Source: a virus (lineage: Duplodnaviria; Caudoviricetes). From it: 64,000 nucleotides of DNA. A program made the position numbers and the translations under genes. How positions within the stretch are numbered: the stretch's first letter is position 1; each line of letters opens with the position of its first letter. The notes under the pieces are model-generated. The model saw only the letters and a program-made list of their open reading frames with translations, was not told where the DNA came from and ran no database searches. This document shows, piece by piece, positions 28,701-38,179 of the stretch. Location: the IMG/VR virus record IMGVR_UViG_3300032227_000893, positions 3,482 through 67,481 of that record. The stretch is one strand, 5' to 3'.

Positions 28701-28743
28701 GCAACAAAGGCCCGGTGGCATGCTTTCTGGCCCTCGACGCTAA
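22741..28743 (+). CDS. tape measure protein with tape_meas domain, Pro-rich insert and M23-like peptidase domain
   Basis: 2000 aa; QMASKGQIMSEELKGQLGDVLPG; HRGVD; C-terminal FASGGVVTGPTLGLVGEGRYNEAVIPL. Confidence 0.93.
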   Translation: MAVGAGSPELKLSVGFDLNYFKGQLTALGAAASSYYLPINIKFDRRGIQDEVTKLGKNISGRQYNLKVEVKSLETAIKQARELQKILGQSRGQTARATALQGITGKDKSGKVILKADDIRKVYSAAMKAGIEGLSGNIKASRPVIEKELKSAFGGASDNALKGLINGLASGEGDLKKVAGNLGNAIIEELNRSLEIRSPSKKTQRVGEQSIDGLVKGFVTRSVRMERFLAKTISNFAIGAIYEGLSTLGNLAPAFAPLEKQLQSQFTRSFQKAISAGLEASKIPGFKGGLLGLLGGGTTGALVGGAKGLGGAVSGGLSQLGAGGMRGVLSQMGRLGHGDTSAWTSFIQDAMDQALHQAFSPSILGAVIGAAAVGGVAGSTGFVKGAFNSLTNQVIEKIVNTLLSAISGDLVNDAVPVLRAFAKTFVQSLTTDLARHLPLNISFPPMLPALPPAYRGINPAAGPAGLLSPGIQAVGALPPGPPPTGLLPPAYRGIYPAGPRSPLGLLPPAYRGLPSGAMPRGLLGASAAPFGLLPSVTKKSSIASGVESLFAAGGPAFPDEPAGKLALTSKALKARVDLILAEYFAAAGKTVENAFDPRAFKAQLNTFAYLVQALRDAELRTKGLLGSFGRERTYTGRPVAGEGINLPAVSTLEQRLLPPAKPTDFTGTPFFRAPDNASSRTRIRRPLTTGQGVPSGPMGGGAEADAIVRAAQNTLKLNLATNIAKKSFEGLTASQLPLIGGIRSLGGEFANATKQVLLYGTAYRALGFITSLPGQILNAAKSQQQYTNGLKVATQETGTFAKELLFVDNVQRAFGLNLETTRTGFTRLYASMAPTGFDSGSIEKLFTGISAATASLQLTPDKAERVIYAFGQMASKGQIMSEELKGQLGDVLPGALAIFSKAAGMSVKEFSKAMEDGEFVGSRFREVFAKVSDELMNRFGTGAQAAGKSLQGLLNTVGGDFQRTLESFAPLADTVAQAILVPLGGALRQLSTSAQIAMGEIDRVRAQYKTALGDVRDLRAGGASAVQIKAAEQNVAALAARYRSLNQALEDPAVAKQVKDIQLFVQELTKAGTFVMNVARAIGGILAPAINFLGTNLTATIATITSFYIGFQTARLAASALMGVLLLYRGLSALMGLSTVASQANALAGAFNILGVSATGAQVKLIGLRVALTALVATTVVGAVVAGIVAIAGAFATMGNRARDAAQGSKEAAKAAMDAASTGNVAGAAMNVQTVLAESRKNETARKTLESIQARATKQQKGGVVGMRITPEESAALQASALTAGMITAGVSRGGFREIRALSSKEQLARIKEFGSVAGQAAIDLKEAKAALVQAQKVSKLTGMNQPSPSTTAIDDAKDKTKAKSLEGFYKLEDDLAKAITEGEIDRANMLFEHKKNLLNTYYDIQDARANSFQKETIKFQREITNIEMDRQKSALDAQNSVKKIQGSVAGGATGLLQGSTGVSSGAHFDVRRQDGKYISPEEARALFDPATAKQLSLTSKYGPRTAPVPGASTFHRGVDLAGPANTPLNLAAGYSMMGAGEKGGLGFTASVRGPQGTMYDVGHLQRPGAGAGTIRPVKGNESRDIKAAAKTEIELQKESLALKYADELAIQRQTAAMANYLAAMLPIAEQQLQNQILEKRTALQLAGTPQALIDREMELYEAETKNTAAIELHRDKIAELSKQKGADGKLTENAVRLMALEQKALDELIAKFPKYKALLQEAGQLKMQAGFARDMGALKDQLQLAAIIDPRMEQKQKYIQEGLTPGQADEKVRLEEQLAAVTRLRDGYRGLADSIGGSFGQAFKGVISGSMTAREALAGFFQSVADSFLDMVAQMIAAWMRTMLLQGFQSLFGSVLGGMGGGFKFPGTTGLGTNFSSAIGNSTGIPFQFANGGIAPGGFRAFASGGVVTGPTLGLVGEGRYNEAVIPLPDGKSVPVNLRGGSNGNNGPVNVVVNVDAKGSTVEGDEDKANELGRAISAAVQSELIKQQRPGGMLSGPRR

Positions 28744-28799
28744 CCAAGCCGTTACTGCAGCCTCCAGCCCGCACAAACAACTATCACCTTAAATTTCTG

Positions 28800-29141
28800 A
28801 TGGCCACTTTCCCCTCCATTGCTCCAAGTTACGGAATGCAAAAAGGAAGCAAGCCCAATGTAAGACAGATTAAGTTTGGGGACGGCTATTCTCAACGTGT
28901 TACCGTGGGACTCAATCAAAACCCCAAGAGCTGGAGCCTCACGTGGAATGTATCCATAGCCGATGCTGCCACCATAGAAGCCTTCCTCGATGACCGGGCA
29001 GAGGACGCAGCCTCTTTCACCTGGACGCCTCCAGACACGGATACAAGTTATCAATGGATTTGTTACGATTGGTCCAAAAGTGTTGACAGCGTGAGGAGCG
29101 TAACCATTCAGGCAACTTTTGATCAAGTATTTGAGCCATGA
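28800..29141 (+). CDS. minor tail protein, lambda gpM-like
   Basis: FGDGYSQR...GLN...FTWTPP...ATFDQVFEP. Confidence 0.85.
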   Translation: MATFPSIAPSYGMQKGSKPNVRQIKFGDGYSQRVTVGLNQNPKSWSLTWNVSIADAATIEAFLDDRAEDAASFTWTPPDTDTSYQWICYDWSKSVDSVRSVTIQATFDQVFEP

Positions 29142-30634
29142 CTTACAGCGCATCTCTTAGGGCTGAATCACAAAAGATAAATCCATCGTCGTTAATCGAG
29201 CTATACAAGCTTGACTTATTCGCAAGATTACATGGCTCCACTATTTCTTATTATTTTCATGACGGGACAAATGCATTAACAGAGGGCACTCGCAATATAG
29301 TATGGGCGGGACAGACTTATACAGCATTTCCCGTGCTCGTAGAAGGATTTGAGTATGCAGGAAATGGTCAGCTTCCCCAGCCAAAGCTAAAAATTGCAAA
29401 TACAAGCGGAGGTATTAGCACTATCTTGGATGCCATTAGGCAAGTAAATCCAGGAAATGATTTAATCGGCGCAAAGTTAACTCGCATACGCACGTTTGCT
29501 CGTTTTCTGGATGCCGTTAACTTTCCAGGCAGTGTAAATCCATGGGGAACACCAGACAGCACAGCAGAATGGCCACGAGAAATTTATTATGTAATCCAAA
29601 AGTCAGTTGAGACGAGGGATCTCTGTGAATTCACCCTCGGAAGTGCCTTTGATTTGCAAGGCGTCAGAGCGCCAAAACGTCAATGCTTAAGTAATTTATG
29701 TTCATGGGTTTATAGGTCATCAGAATGCACTTATACCGGGGGAAGATATTACACAGTGACGAATGCCTTGACGATTAACCCGCTCGAGGATGTTTGCTCT
29801 AAGACTATTGACGGCTGCAGGGCAAGATTTGGGGAAGTTCAAACAATTGGACTTGTAACAAAGAACAGTTCGGTGATTACCAATGTTGACTCCGCTGCTA
29901 TTAAGCAAATTTCGCCGGGGGATACAATTTGGGGCTTTGGGCTCACCCCATCGTCCACGACGGTCACAGCAGTGAATACTGAAAATTTGACACTCACAGT
30001 TAGCACACCATCGACCAATACATCAGTGTTTAGCAATTCAACTGGCCATCTGGAGCTGTCTGGATTGGTGGTCAACGATGGCCTTCAGATCAGAATTCCC
30101 AATAGCGGTGAAATTCCCACTTACGGAATGATAGTATCAGGCCCCTTTCTTCCGACAGACGAAGATGTTTATGTTACCAGCGTTACTGGTCCAACTGGTG
30201 GCTATTACTATGTTAATTTAAGCATTTCATTCAACACTGGACTCATTGGAACGCTTCGCGGCACAAGAACCGATGCATACATTTCGTATGCCACTGGCAT
30301 ACCTATTTACATCAATTGGAGTCTAGCTGATCCAATTACCACCATGGTTGTCGGTGATTACATTTTCCCAGGCGTTGATAAACAAGCGAATAGCAGTATT
30401 TACTTAAATACAAAAGTCTCAACTATTACTCTTTCGCAATGCTCGGTCACGCCAAGTAAACCCCTTGGCTACCCGCCAAACACTAACAAGGTTATTGGAA
30501 CAATTAGCATTTATCAGGCGTTGACGCCAACTACATCCACTTATAGCTTTCGAGGACAGAACCTTTATACTGTTCGTACTGGCAGCTTGTTGCCATTTGG
30601 CGCGTTTCCTGGATTGTCCAGCTTCTTAGTATGA
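29138..30634 (+). CDS. minor tail protein, lambda gpL-like, with about 250-aa insertion
   Basis: FLDAVNF, CSWVYRSSEC, DVCSKTIDGC..RFG and terminal PFGAFPG. Confidence 0.82.
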   Translation: MTYSASLRAESQKINPSSLIELYKLDLFARLHGSTISYYFHDGTNALTEGTRNIVWAGQTYTAFPVLVEGFEYAGNGQLPQPKLKIANTSGGISTILDAIRQVNPGNDLIGAKLTRIRTFARFLDAVNFPGSVNPWGTPDSTAEWPREIYYVIQKSVETRDLCEFTLGSAFDLQGVRAPKRQCLSNLCSWVYRSSECTYTGGRYYTVTNALTINPLEDVCSKTIDGCRARFGEVQTIGLVTKNSSVITNVDSAAIKQISPGDTIWGFGLTPSSTTVTAVNTENLTLTVSTPSTNTSVFSNSTGHLELSGLVVNDGLQIRIPNSGEIPTYGMIVSGPFLPTDEDVYVTSVTGPTGGYYYVNLSISFNTGLIGTLRGTRTDAYISYATGIPIYINWSLADPITTMVVGDYIFPGVDKQANSSIYLNTKVSTITLSQCSVTPSKPLGYPPNTNKVIGTISIYQALTPTTSTYSFRGQNLYTVRTGSLLPFGAFPGLSSFLV

Positions 30635-31353
30635 CTTGGAAAACTGATGCCATGGACCATGCCAAGGCAGAGATACCAAGGGAATCTTGTGGCCTTCTTG
30701 TTGTTATCAAGGGACGTAAATGCTACTGGCCGTGCAATAATCTCAGCGCGGATAATACCAACTTTATTTTGGATCCCGACGACTTTTGTGCTGCAGAAAC
30801 TGCTGGAACAGTCGTTGCCGTCATCCACAGTCATCCAGACACCCCACCGCACCCCAGTGCTGCAGACAGAATGGCTTGCCAGCATTCGGAAATGCCATGG
30901 CATATAGTAAATCCAGTCACTGAAGAATGGGGCTTGTGCAAGCCAGAAGAGTTTCAGGCGGACCTAATTGGAAGGGAATGGGTGTGGAATGTTTTTGATT
31001 GCTGGAGTTGCGTTCATCAATGGTATGCACAGCAGGGCTTTACTTTATCAGACTACAAGCGTCCGCCAACTCCAGAAGAGTTTGAGGAATGCCCATTGTT
31101 TGATCAATACTGGGCTGATGCAGGTTTTCGCGAACTAGAGGATGGAGAGCAGCTACAAGAAGGTGATGCGATATTGATGTCCATTGCAGGAAAAACAAAC
31201 GAATTGAATCATGTTGGAGTGATCGTGGAAGACGGTCGATTGCTGCATCATTTGAGGGGGCGACTGTCAAGTGTTGATATGTACGGGTCATGGCTTCAAA
31301 AGAGCACTGGAAGGCGTCTGAGGCTCTACAATTGGACAAGGCGGTCTTCTTAA
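30631..31353 (+). CDS. tail assembly protein gpK-like (JAB/MPN + NlpC/P60)
   Basis: ESCG, HSHP, SAAD, DCW, NHVG, LLHH. Confidence 0.88.
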   Translation: MTWKTDAMDHAKAEIPRESCGLLVVIKGRKCYWPCNNLSADNTNFILDPDDFCAAETAGTVVAVIHSHPDTPPHPSAADRMACQHSEMPWHIVNPVTEEWGLCKPEEFQADLIGREWVWNVFDCWSCVHQWYAQQGFTLSDYKRPPTPEEFEECPLFDQYWADAGFRELEDGEQLQEGDAILMSIAGKTNELNHVGVIVEDGRLLHHLRGRLSSVDMYGSWLQKSTGRRLRLYNWTRRSS

Positions 31354-31357
31354 TCTC

Positions 31358-31930
31358 ATGAGAATTATTAGACTGTACGGACCCCTAGCAAAGTTCCTAG
31401 GTAGGCAAACCTTTGAGGCTCAAGTGGCATCTGCTGCTGAAGCTGTTAGATTCTTGGTGACAAACTTTCCCCAGTTAGAAGCCTTCATGGCCAATAAGCA
31501 CTATCGAGTGAGTGTTGGCAATTATGATTTGGGCGAAGATGAATTGCATCATCCTGCTGGCCAGCAAGAAATTGCAATCGTACCGGTATTCACGGGGGCC
31601 GGTGGTGCTTTTGGGAAAATTTTGCTGGGGGTGGCGCTCATCACATTGTCATTCTTCATCCCAGGCTCCTGGGCAATTGCTGGCATCGCCCTGAAAGGGC
31701 TTGCTTTTACCATTGGCGCAAGTTTGGCATTGAATGGTGTCAGTCAATTGCTAATGCCAGTACCTTCAATGAAAACTGGAGAGGACAAGTCAGCAGATCC
31801 AAAATTATCATACAGTTTTTCGGGCGTGCAAAACGTTAGCAGGCAAGGCGTGCCGGTCCCGATTTGCTATGGCCAAGTGCTCGTTGGATCCATTGTTGCT
31901 TCCGCTGGTATTGACGTGGTGCAAACATGA
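31358..31930 (+). CDS. tail assembly protein gpI-like
   Basis: IRLYGPL..FLGR, SYSFSG..N...QG.PVP..YG. Confidence 0.88.
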   Translation: MRIIRLYGPLAKFLGRQTFEAQVASAAEAVRFLVTNFPQLEAFMANKHYRVSVGNYDLGEDELHHPAGQQEIAIVPVFTGAGGAFGKILLGVALITLSFFIPGSWAIAGIALKGLAFTIGASLALNGVSQLLMPVPSMKTGEDKSADPKLSYSFSGVQNVSRQGVPVPICYGQVLVGSIVASAGIDVVQT

Positions 31931-34900
31931 CTGACAAAATCTTATCAGGCGCTGGTGGCCGTGGTAACCGCAAAGGTGGTGCAGCGCAGCAGCAAGCCTT
32001 CTACACTCCTACGACAGCCGTAGACAATTTAAACAGCATTGCCTATGCCAATGTTATAGATATATTGTGCGAGGGTGAAATCCAAGGGCTCGTTGATGGC
32101 GAAAGCTCAATTTTTCTGAACAATACACCGTTATATAGCAACGGCCAGTATAACTTTAAGAATGTTTCCGTGGCCACAAGGAATGGCACACAGGACCAGT
32201 CATTCCTACCCTCTCTTGAGGCCACACCTATCACCGGAACGCAAGGAATTTATAGTGAAGTAAGCGTAGGTGTGACAGTCGAGTACGGCATTCCAATTGT
32301 TCGCACAATTACCGATCCCAGTGTTAAATTTATAAACGTTACCATTACATTTCCAGCGCTTCAAGAGCAGAAAAGCAATGGTGATATTGTTGGCACACTA
32401 GTTCAACTAAGCATTTCACTACAGGGCGCTGGTAGTGCCAGCTATCAAACTCGACTTGTCAAGCAAATTTCGGGGCGCACTGGTGACACATACCAAGTCT
32501 CTTACCGAGTGGGCTTAACTGATGTAGCTTTTCCAGTGAATATCAAGGTGACGAGAGATACTATCAATTCCACGTCTTCAAGCTTGGTAAATGCTTTCCA
32601 ATGGACAAGTTATACTCTTGTAAAAACAGCACAGTTGAGGTATCCAAATACAGCCTTCGTAGCACTGCGTGTTGACGCTGAGCAGTTTAATTCGATCCCT
32701 GCCCGGTCGTATTTGATAAAGGGTCTCAAGGTTCGCATTCCTAGTAATGCAACGGTCGATCCGGCCACGGGAGCACTTATTTATGATGGCGTATGGAATG
32801 GCACCTTTGGAGCGGCTGCTTACACCACAGATCCCGCCTGGTGCTTATTCGACCTTTTGGTCTCACGGCGCTATGGATTCGGCGATTATATATTAACAGA
32901 CGCGGACAAAGCCAATGTAGGAAATTTTACGGCAGAGAATTTAGACAAATTTGCTTTTTACGCAGCATCTCAATATTGCTCAGCTCTTAACACCCGTGAG
33001 GGCACTACCAATGATTACAGTGCCACGGGAAAACATGGAGTGCGAGATGGCTTTGGCGGCTATGAGCCACGTTTCTCATTAAATGTAAACATTCAATCAG
33101 AAGTAGATGCTTTTCAACTCATAAATGACATGGCATCTGTCTTCAGGGCGATGCCATTTTGGTCCGCCGGTAGTGTTACGGTGGCGCAAGATGCACCAGC
33201 GTCACCAAGCTATCTTTTCAATACAACTAATGTTTCTGAAGTTGGCTTTTCTTACAGCGGAAGTAGCCAAAAAAGCAGATCAACTGTAGCGCTTGTCAAA
33301 TATTTTGATATTGCCAGAAGAGATTATCTTTACGAGGCCGTTGAAGATCGCGATGCAATTAGTAAGTATGGCGTTACTCAGAAAAATATTGAAGCATTTG
33401 GGTGTACAAGTAGGGGGCAGGCTAGAAGGCTTGGAGAATGGCTTTTAACATCTGAAAATCTCGAAACAGAAGTGGTTACTTTTACTACTTCCATGGACGC
33501 TGGAATGGTTATTAGACCCGGTTCGGTCATTTTAATTGCCGATCCAGTGCGCTCTGGTAGCAGAAAGGGTGGACGAATTAAATCCGCCACTACAACTAAT
33601 ATCCAGATTGATGATGTTACAGGTATTTCAGCATTTGGTTCTCCCCGTCTATCAGTAATTATGCCAAGTGGCTTGGTTGAAGAACGGCTGGTCAGTAATT
33701 TTTCTGGAGATATTATCACCGTTAGCTCGCCCTTTTCGGCTGCTCCACAAGCAAACGCTATATGGATCTACTCTACCAACAGTAGCAAGCCAACGAAATG
33801 GAGAGTGGTTAGCGTGGTTGAACAAAAGGGAATTGAATATGAGATTTCAGCGCTTACATACAACGCATCAAAGTATGATTCCGTCGAAAGGGATATACCG
33901 CTTGTCTTTGAGGACGTGAGTGATTTGAGTGTAATACCAGACTCGCCAATTGACTTTAGCGCCTCTGAGAATATTTACGTGTCCAACGGATCTGTTAGGG
34001 CACAAATCCTTGTTACTTGGAAAGCTGCGGAATATGCAGTGCGCTATCGAGTGCGCTATCGAAAAGACTCTGGTAATTGGACCACCACGAATACTTCCGG
34101 GCCATCTTTTGACCTCCCGGATATCACTAGCGGACTGTATGAATTCTCCATTGCATCGCTTGGCTCCAATGGAGTGGGAAGCGTAAATACGCTTGATGGA
34201 TCTATAAACGCTATTGGTAAAACAGAACCGCCTTCAAACGTTACTAATTTTACTGCGTCTGTTGATCCTGCCATTGGTGCCACGTTGTCCTGGACAGGTA
34301 TTTCCGATATTGATTTTTCAACGTATGAAATAAGAAGGGGCTCCTCGTCTGATAGCTGGGATGCAAGTGCGGTCGTAACCCAGGTGAACGCAACCACCTA
34401 CAAGCTTGGATTTGTTGATCCAGGCACCTTTACTTACAGAATTAAAGCAGTTGACACCATTGGTGTTTACAGTACGTCCGCAGCGTCTACGGTAATAACA
34501 ACACTCCCTCCCAATCCAGTTACATCGTTTAGGGCTTTCCCCACAAAGGCTGGAGACGCAAATTTGGACTGGAACCCTCCAGCCAGCATTACCACTTTTG
34601 ACATTAAGGGGTATAAAATATCCTACGGCGATGCTTATGCGTCAAGCACTTACGTCACAACTGCTTCTGATGTATTTGCACTGTTTCAGCTAACATGGAC
34701 CGGTACAAGGAAATTTTGGGTGGTAACACTAGATATGGCCGGCCAGGAATCTAGTCCCGTTTCGGCAACTATGTCATCAAAAATTTCGCTTAGCCCTCCT
34801 ACTGTTACGGGAGACTTCGGCGGAACAGCCGATTATACGGTTAAGTGGACGGTGGTAAATAAGGCCGTTCAAGTGATTCCTACACAGTGGCACATTAGAT

Positions 34901-35370
34901 TTGGCACTTCCTTTGCCAGTGGCACTGAAGCAATTCCACCAGTTGCTGGTACAGCGACATCGGCAAAGATAACTCCAACCACCACGTCTGGCTGGTATAT
35001 AGGAACAAAAACAATTTGGGTGGCGCCATATTACGAAGATACTAATGAATACGGAGAAGCAGGATCTGTCACTGCAACAATTGTCAAGCCGCCTGCCCCA
35101 ACCTTGTCGGTTGAAGTATTTACATCAACCACCCTGACCCTTAAGTGGACAAGAGTTGCCGGAACTCTTCCACTCAGGGAACATGAAATTAGATATTCAG
35201 AGATTACAATTACAAATCCCGATCCCACATGGGATAGCCCCGCAAATAAAAAACTTATTAAATCATCAGGCACTTTTGCGCAAATAACCAATGTATCATC
35301 AAGAAAAGTTTATAGATTTTTTGTTGCAGCAAAAGATACGGCTGGTAACGTTGGCCTCGGAACCACATAA
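31927..35370 (+). CDS. tail tip/host-specificity protein gpJ-like with FN3 repeats
   Basis: EGEIQG, YPNTA, DPAWCLFD, GCTSRGQARRLGEW, serial FN3 units. Confidence 0.9.
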   Translation: MTDKILSGAGGRGNRKGGAAQQQAFYTPTTAVDNLNSIAYANVIDILCEGEIQGLVDGESSIFLNNTPLYSNGQYNFKNVSVATRNGTQDQSFLPSLEATPITGTQGIYSEVSVGVTVEYGIPIVRTITDPSVKFINVTITFPALQEQKSNGDIVGTLVQLSISLQGAGSASYQTRLVKQISGRTGDTYQVSYRVGLTDVAFPVNIKVTRDTINSTSSSLVNAFQWTSYTLVKTAQLRYPNTAFVALRVDAEQFNSIPARSYLIKGLKVRIPSNATVDPATGALIYDGVWNGTFGAAAYTTDPAWCLFDLLVSRRYGFGDYILTDADKANVGNFTAENLDKFAFYAASQYCSALNTREGTTNDYSATGKHGVRDGFGGYEPRFSLNVNIQSEVDAFQLINDMASVFRAMPFWSAGSVTVAQDAPASPSYLFNTTNVSEVGFSYSGSSQKSRSTVALVKYFDIARRDYLYEAVEDRDAISKYGVTQKNIEAFGCTSRGQARRLGEWLLTSENLETEVVTFTTSMDAGMVIRPGSVILIADPVRSGSRKGGRIKSATTTNIQIDDVTGISAFGSPRLSVIMPSGLVEERLVSNFSGDIITVSSPFSAAPQANAIWIYSTNSSKPTKWRVVSVVEQKGIEYEISALTYNASKYDSVERDIPLVFEDVSDLSVIPDSPIDFSASENIYVSNGSVRAQILVTWKAAEYAVRYRVRYRKDSGNWTTTNTSGPSFDLPDITSGLYEFSIASLGSNGVGSVNTLDGSINAIGKTEPPSNVTNFTASVDPAIGATLSWTGISDIDFSTYEIRRGSSSDSWDASAVVTQVNATTYKLGFVDPGTFTYRIKAVDTIGVYSTSAASTVITTLPPNPVTSFRAFPTKAGDANLDWNPPASITTFDIKGYKISYGDAYASSTYVTTASDVFALFQLTWTGTRKFWVVTLDMAGQESSPVSATMSSKISLSPPTVTGDFGGTADYTVKWTVVNKAVQVIPTQWHIRFGTSFASGTEAIPPVAGTATSAKITPTTTSGWYIGTKTIWVAPYYEDTNEYGEAGSVTATIVKPPAPTLSVEVFTSTTLTLKWTRVAGTLPLREHEIRYSEITITNPDPTWDSPANKKLIKSSGTFAQITNVSSRKVYRFFVAAKDTAGNVGLGTT

Positions 35371-35372
35371 TC

Positions 35373-36413
35373 ATGGCATTTGAAGACGACATTGGCGCCA
35401 TTGGATCACTTGACTACACGGTCGAGGGTCCGTCTCAACCAATCGTAACGGCAAGGGTTATAGACAGTACTGTCACTCTCACGTGGACAGATGTAGCTAC
35501 AGCTTTTTCCATTGCTTATTTTGAAATTAGACGCGGATCTACGTGGGAAACTGGTGTTGTTGTTGGCCAGAAGCAAGGTTCATTTACGACTATTACTGAA
35601 TACGCGGAGGGTGAGTACACCTACTGGGTTGCAGGAGTTGACATAAGTGGATCTTATGGACTGCCGAGTTCGGTTACCGTTGAAGTTGGGTCGCCTCCAG
35701 ATTTTACTAGTCAATTCAATGAAAATTCTACTTTTAGCGGAACAAAGGTAAATGCACTAATCGAGGACGGTGCGCTGCTTGTCAATCTGAACCTAACTGA
35801 AACATGGGCCACGCATTTTACCTCCCGCAGTTGGACCACCATTCAGGACCAAATCAATGCAGGCTATGCCTATTATGCACTGCCGTCTACCACCACCGCA
35901 AGTTACGAAGAGATAATTGACTATGGTTCTATTATTGCGGGTTCTAAAATTTCTGCAACGCTGACTCACTCACATGTGGTGGGTAATACAATAATAACGC
36001 CAACTATAAGTGTTAAAACTGCCAGCGGAGATGCGTGGACCAACTATACAAATACGAGTAGCATTTTTGCATTAAATTTTAGATACGTCAAGATTCTTTA
36101 TGACTTTAGTTCGGCTGGGAATAATGATTTACTTCTCGCGACCGGCTTAAACATTCGGTTTGACACCAAATTAATCACCGACAGCGGTTCGGCGAGTGCG
36201 GTAAGCACGGATTCCGGGGGAACGCTAATTTCTTTCAATAAATCTTTCACCCGAGTCACGTCTATTGTCGCGACCGTCAATGCTACATCGGCTAGATTTG
36301 CAACTTGCAATTTTACGGACGTAGCAAATCCTGCATCCTTCAGGGTTTTGGTTTTTGCTGATGACGGGACAAGGCAAAGCAACACTGTTTATTGGCAGGC
36401 GCGTGGAGTCTAG
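35373..36413 (+). CDS. FN3-containing tail tip protein (J C-terminal part as a separate gene)
   Basis: Starts with an FN3-like unit; ends in a fibre-type VYWQARGV domain. Confidence 0.7.
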   Translation: MAFEDDIGAIGSLDYTVEGPSQPIVTARVIDSTVTLTWTDVATAFSIAYFEIRRGSTWETGVVVGQKQGSFTTITEYAEGEYTYWVAGVDISGSYGLPSSVTVEVGSPPDFTSQFNENSTFSGTKVNALIEDGALLVNLNLTETWATHFTSRSWTTIQDQINAGYAYYALPSTTTASYEEIIDYGSIIAGSKISATLTHSHVVGNTIITPTISVKTASGDAWTNYTNTSSIFALNFRYVKILYDFSSAGNNDLLLATGLNIRFDTKLITDSGSASAVSTDSGGTLISFNKSFTRVTSIVATVNATSARFATCNFTDVANPASFRVLVFADDGTRQSNTVYWQARGV

Positions 36414-36448
36414 TAGGATATGTGCAGCGCTAATTTGGTAAGCATCTA

Positions 36449-38179
36449 ATGGCAAACTGGTCCAACCCCACAACGAGCACCCTCTATACCGATGTCCTGG
36501 CAGAACTAAAGGGCAGGGACACAGATGCGGCATTGATGTTCGATGGCACTGGCAGTACAAATGTTCCCAGTGGCGCGGTTGCATGGAGTAGTTCCATTAA
36601 TCGGTGGCAGCGATACAACGGAACCAGCTATCAAGAGCTGACTTCAATTTACGCCTTGACCGGCCTAAGCACTGTGGGGAATGCTGCAATTGGCGGCACT
36701 CTTAACGTTACCGGTCAAACCTCCCTTGCAACTGCTACGGCCACCACGCCTTCGACGGCTGACAATAATACAAATATTGCTACCACAGCATTCGTAAAAG
36801 CACAAGCATACTCCCCCATTGCGTCTCCCACCTTCACTGGAACGGTTACGATTCCTGCTGGAGCGTCCATCACTGGATACCTTACAACCACCTCTGCTGG
36901 CGCCACATACGCTCCTCTTGGCGGAGCTGGCACCAGCGGCACCTGGGGAATCAGTATCACTGGTTCAGCGGCCACTCTTTCCACTGGAAGAACAATTAGT
37001 TTGACGGGCGATGCCACAGGTACTTCTGGATCTTTCAATGGCAGTGCCAATATCAGTCTTAGTACAACATTGGCCAATACGGCAGTAGTGCCTGGAAGCT
37101 ATACCAATGCAAGTATTACGGTCGATTCAAAAGGGCGTCTTACAGCGGCCTCTAGCGGCGCTGGTGTGGCGGGTGATGTTGTCTTGGCAAGCAACAATGC
37201 CTTTACTGGCGCCAATATTTTTACCAATGTAACGGGGCAAAGATTTCGCAATGCCTCAGCCGAAGATGAAATTTTAATTGCAGGTCGCGCTGGTGGCGTT
37301 GGAAGTTATTCTGTCAAGATTACGCCTGGAACATTAACAACAAATCAAATTGCAACCTTCCCAAATCAAACGGGAACAGTGTTGATTAGCGGCAATGCCA
37401 GCATTGTTAACGCAGACGTTTCGGCAAGTGCGGCAATTGCTGGCACCAAGATTGACCCAGCGTTCGGCGCTCAAACAGTTTCTTCCACCACTTTAATCAG
37501 TATCCCGGATGGCAGTGCTACCAACCCTGGCCTTGCATTTACTAGTGCCACTGGAATTGGCCTGTACAACACTGGCAGCGGCTTAGGCATTGCTACAGGT
37601 GGCGCCGAAAAGGCAAGAGTTTCTTCCACGGGTTATTTAACTGGAAGAGTGAATGGCAATGCTTTTGCTGTATATCCCGCCTACCAGTATTACCGACTAG
37701 GTTCAACCCGGCAACTCAGTTCGACGGTCACCACGCCTCAGTCAATCCTTGGGGTGGGGGTATCTGTGCAGGGTTCAACAGTGTACGAGTTTGAACTATT
37801 ATTTACGATAAGAAAAACTAGTAATACTTTCACTCATAATGTTTCCGTATTGTATGGGCTTACGGGTGGCGGAGTGCAAACCATGACCGGCCAGTCATTA
37901 GCTTCACTCAGTTCGACAACGTCCGATATCGGGACCGTCACAGTGGGATATCGTGACTCGGAAGTGGCGAAAATTGTCGGCAGTGGACTTTCAACAACAA
38001 ACCAATGGGTCCATGTTCAGGAGCGAGGCACGGTTCATGTCAGCACGAACACCATACTGACCCCACAAGTGCAATTAAGCGCTACTGGCTCCATATATAC
38101 AGTCCAAGTTGGCTCATCGTTTAGAATTTGGCCAATTGCTGCTAGCGGTGGCAACACTTCCATTGGTACTTGGTCATGA
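36449..38179 (+). CDS. tail fibre protein
   Basis: IATTAFVKAQ, SPTFTG, ITVDSKGRLTAASSG fibre motifs. Confidence 0.8.
   Translation: MANWSNPTTSTLYTDVLAELKGRDTDAALMFDGTGSTNVPSGAVAWSSSINRWQRYNGTSYQELTSIYALTGLSTVGNAAIGGTLNVTGQTSLATATATTPSTADNNTNIATTAFVKAQAYSPIASPTFTGTVTIPAGASITGYLTTTSAGATYAPLGGAGTSGTWGISITGSAATLSTGRTISLTGDATGTSGSFNGSANISLSTTLANTAVVPGSYTNASITVDSKGRLTAASSGAGVAGDVVLASNNAFTGANIFTNVTGQRFRNASAEDEILIAGRAGGVGSYSVKITPGTLTTNQIATFPNQTGTVLISGNASIVNADVSASAAIAGTKIDPAFGAQTVSSTTLISIPDGSATNPGLAFTSATGIGLYNTGSGLGIATGGAEKARVSSTGYLTGRVNGNAFAVYPAYQYYRLGSTRQLSSTVTTPQSILGVGVSVQGSTVYEFELLFTIRKTSNTFTHNVSVLYGLTGGGVQTMTGQSLASLSSTTSDIGTVTVGYRDSEVAKIVGSGLSTTNQWVHVQERGTVHVSTNTILTPQVQLSATGSIYTVQVGSSFRIWPIAASGGNTSIGTWS

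Noticed and set aside
35346-35373. Possible frameshift or readthrough joining the two J-like ORFs
   Set aside because: -1 frame has a TAA at 35346, leaving a window with no slippery sequence; re-initiation is simpler
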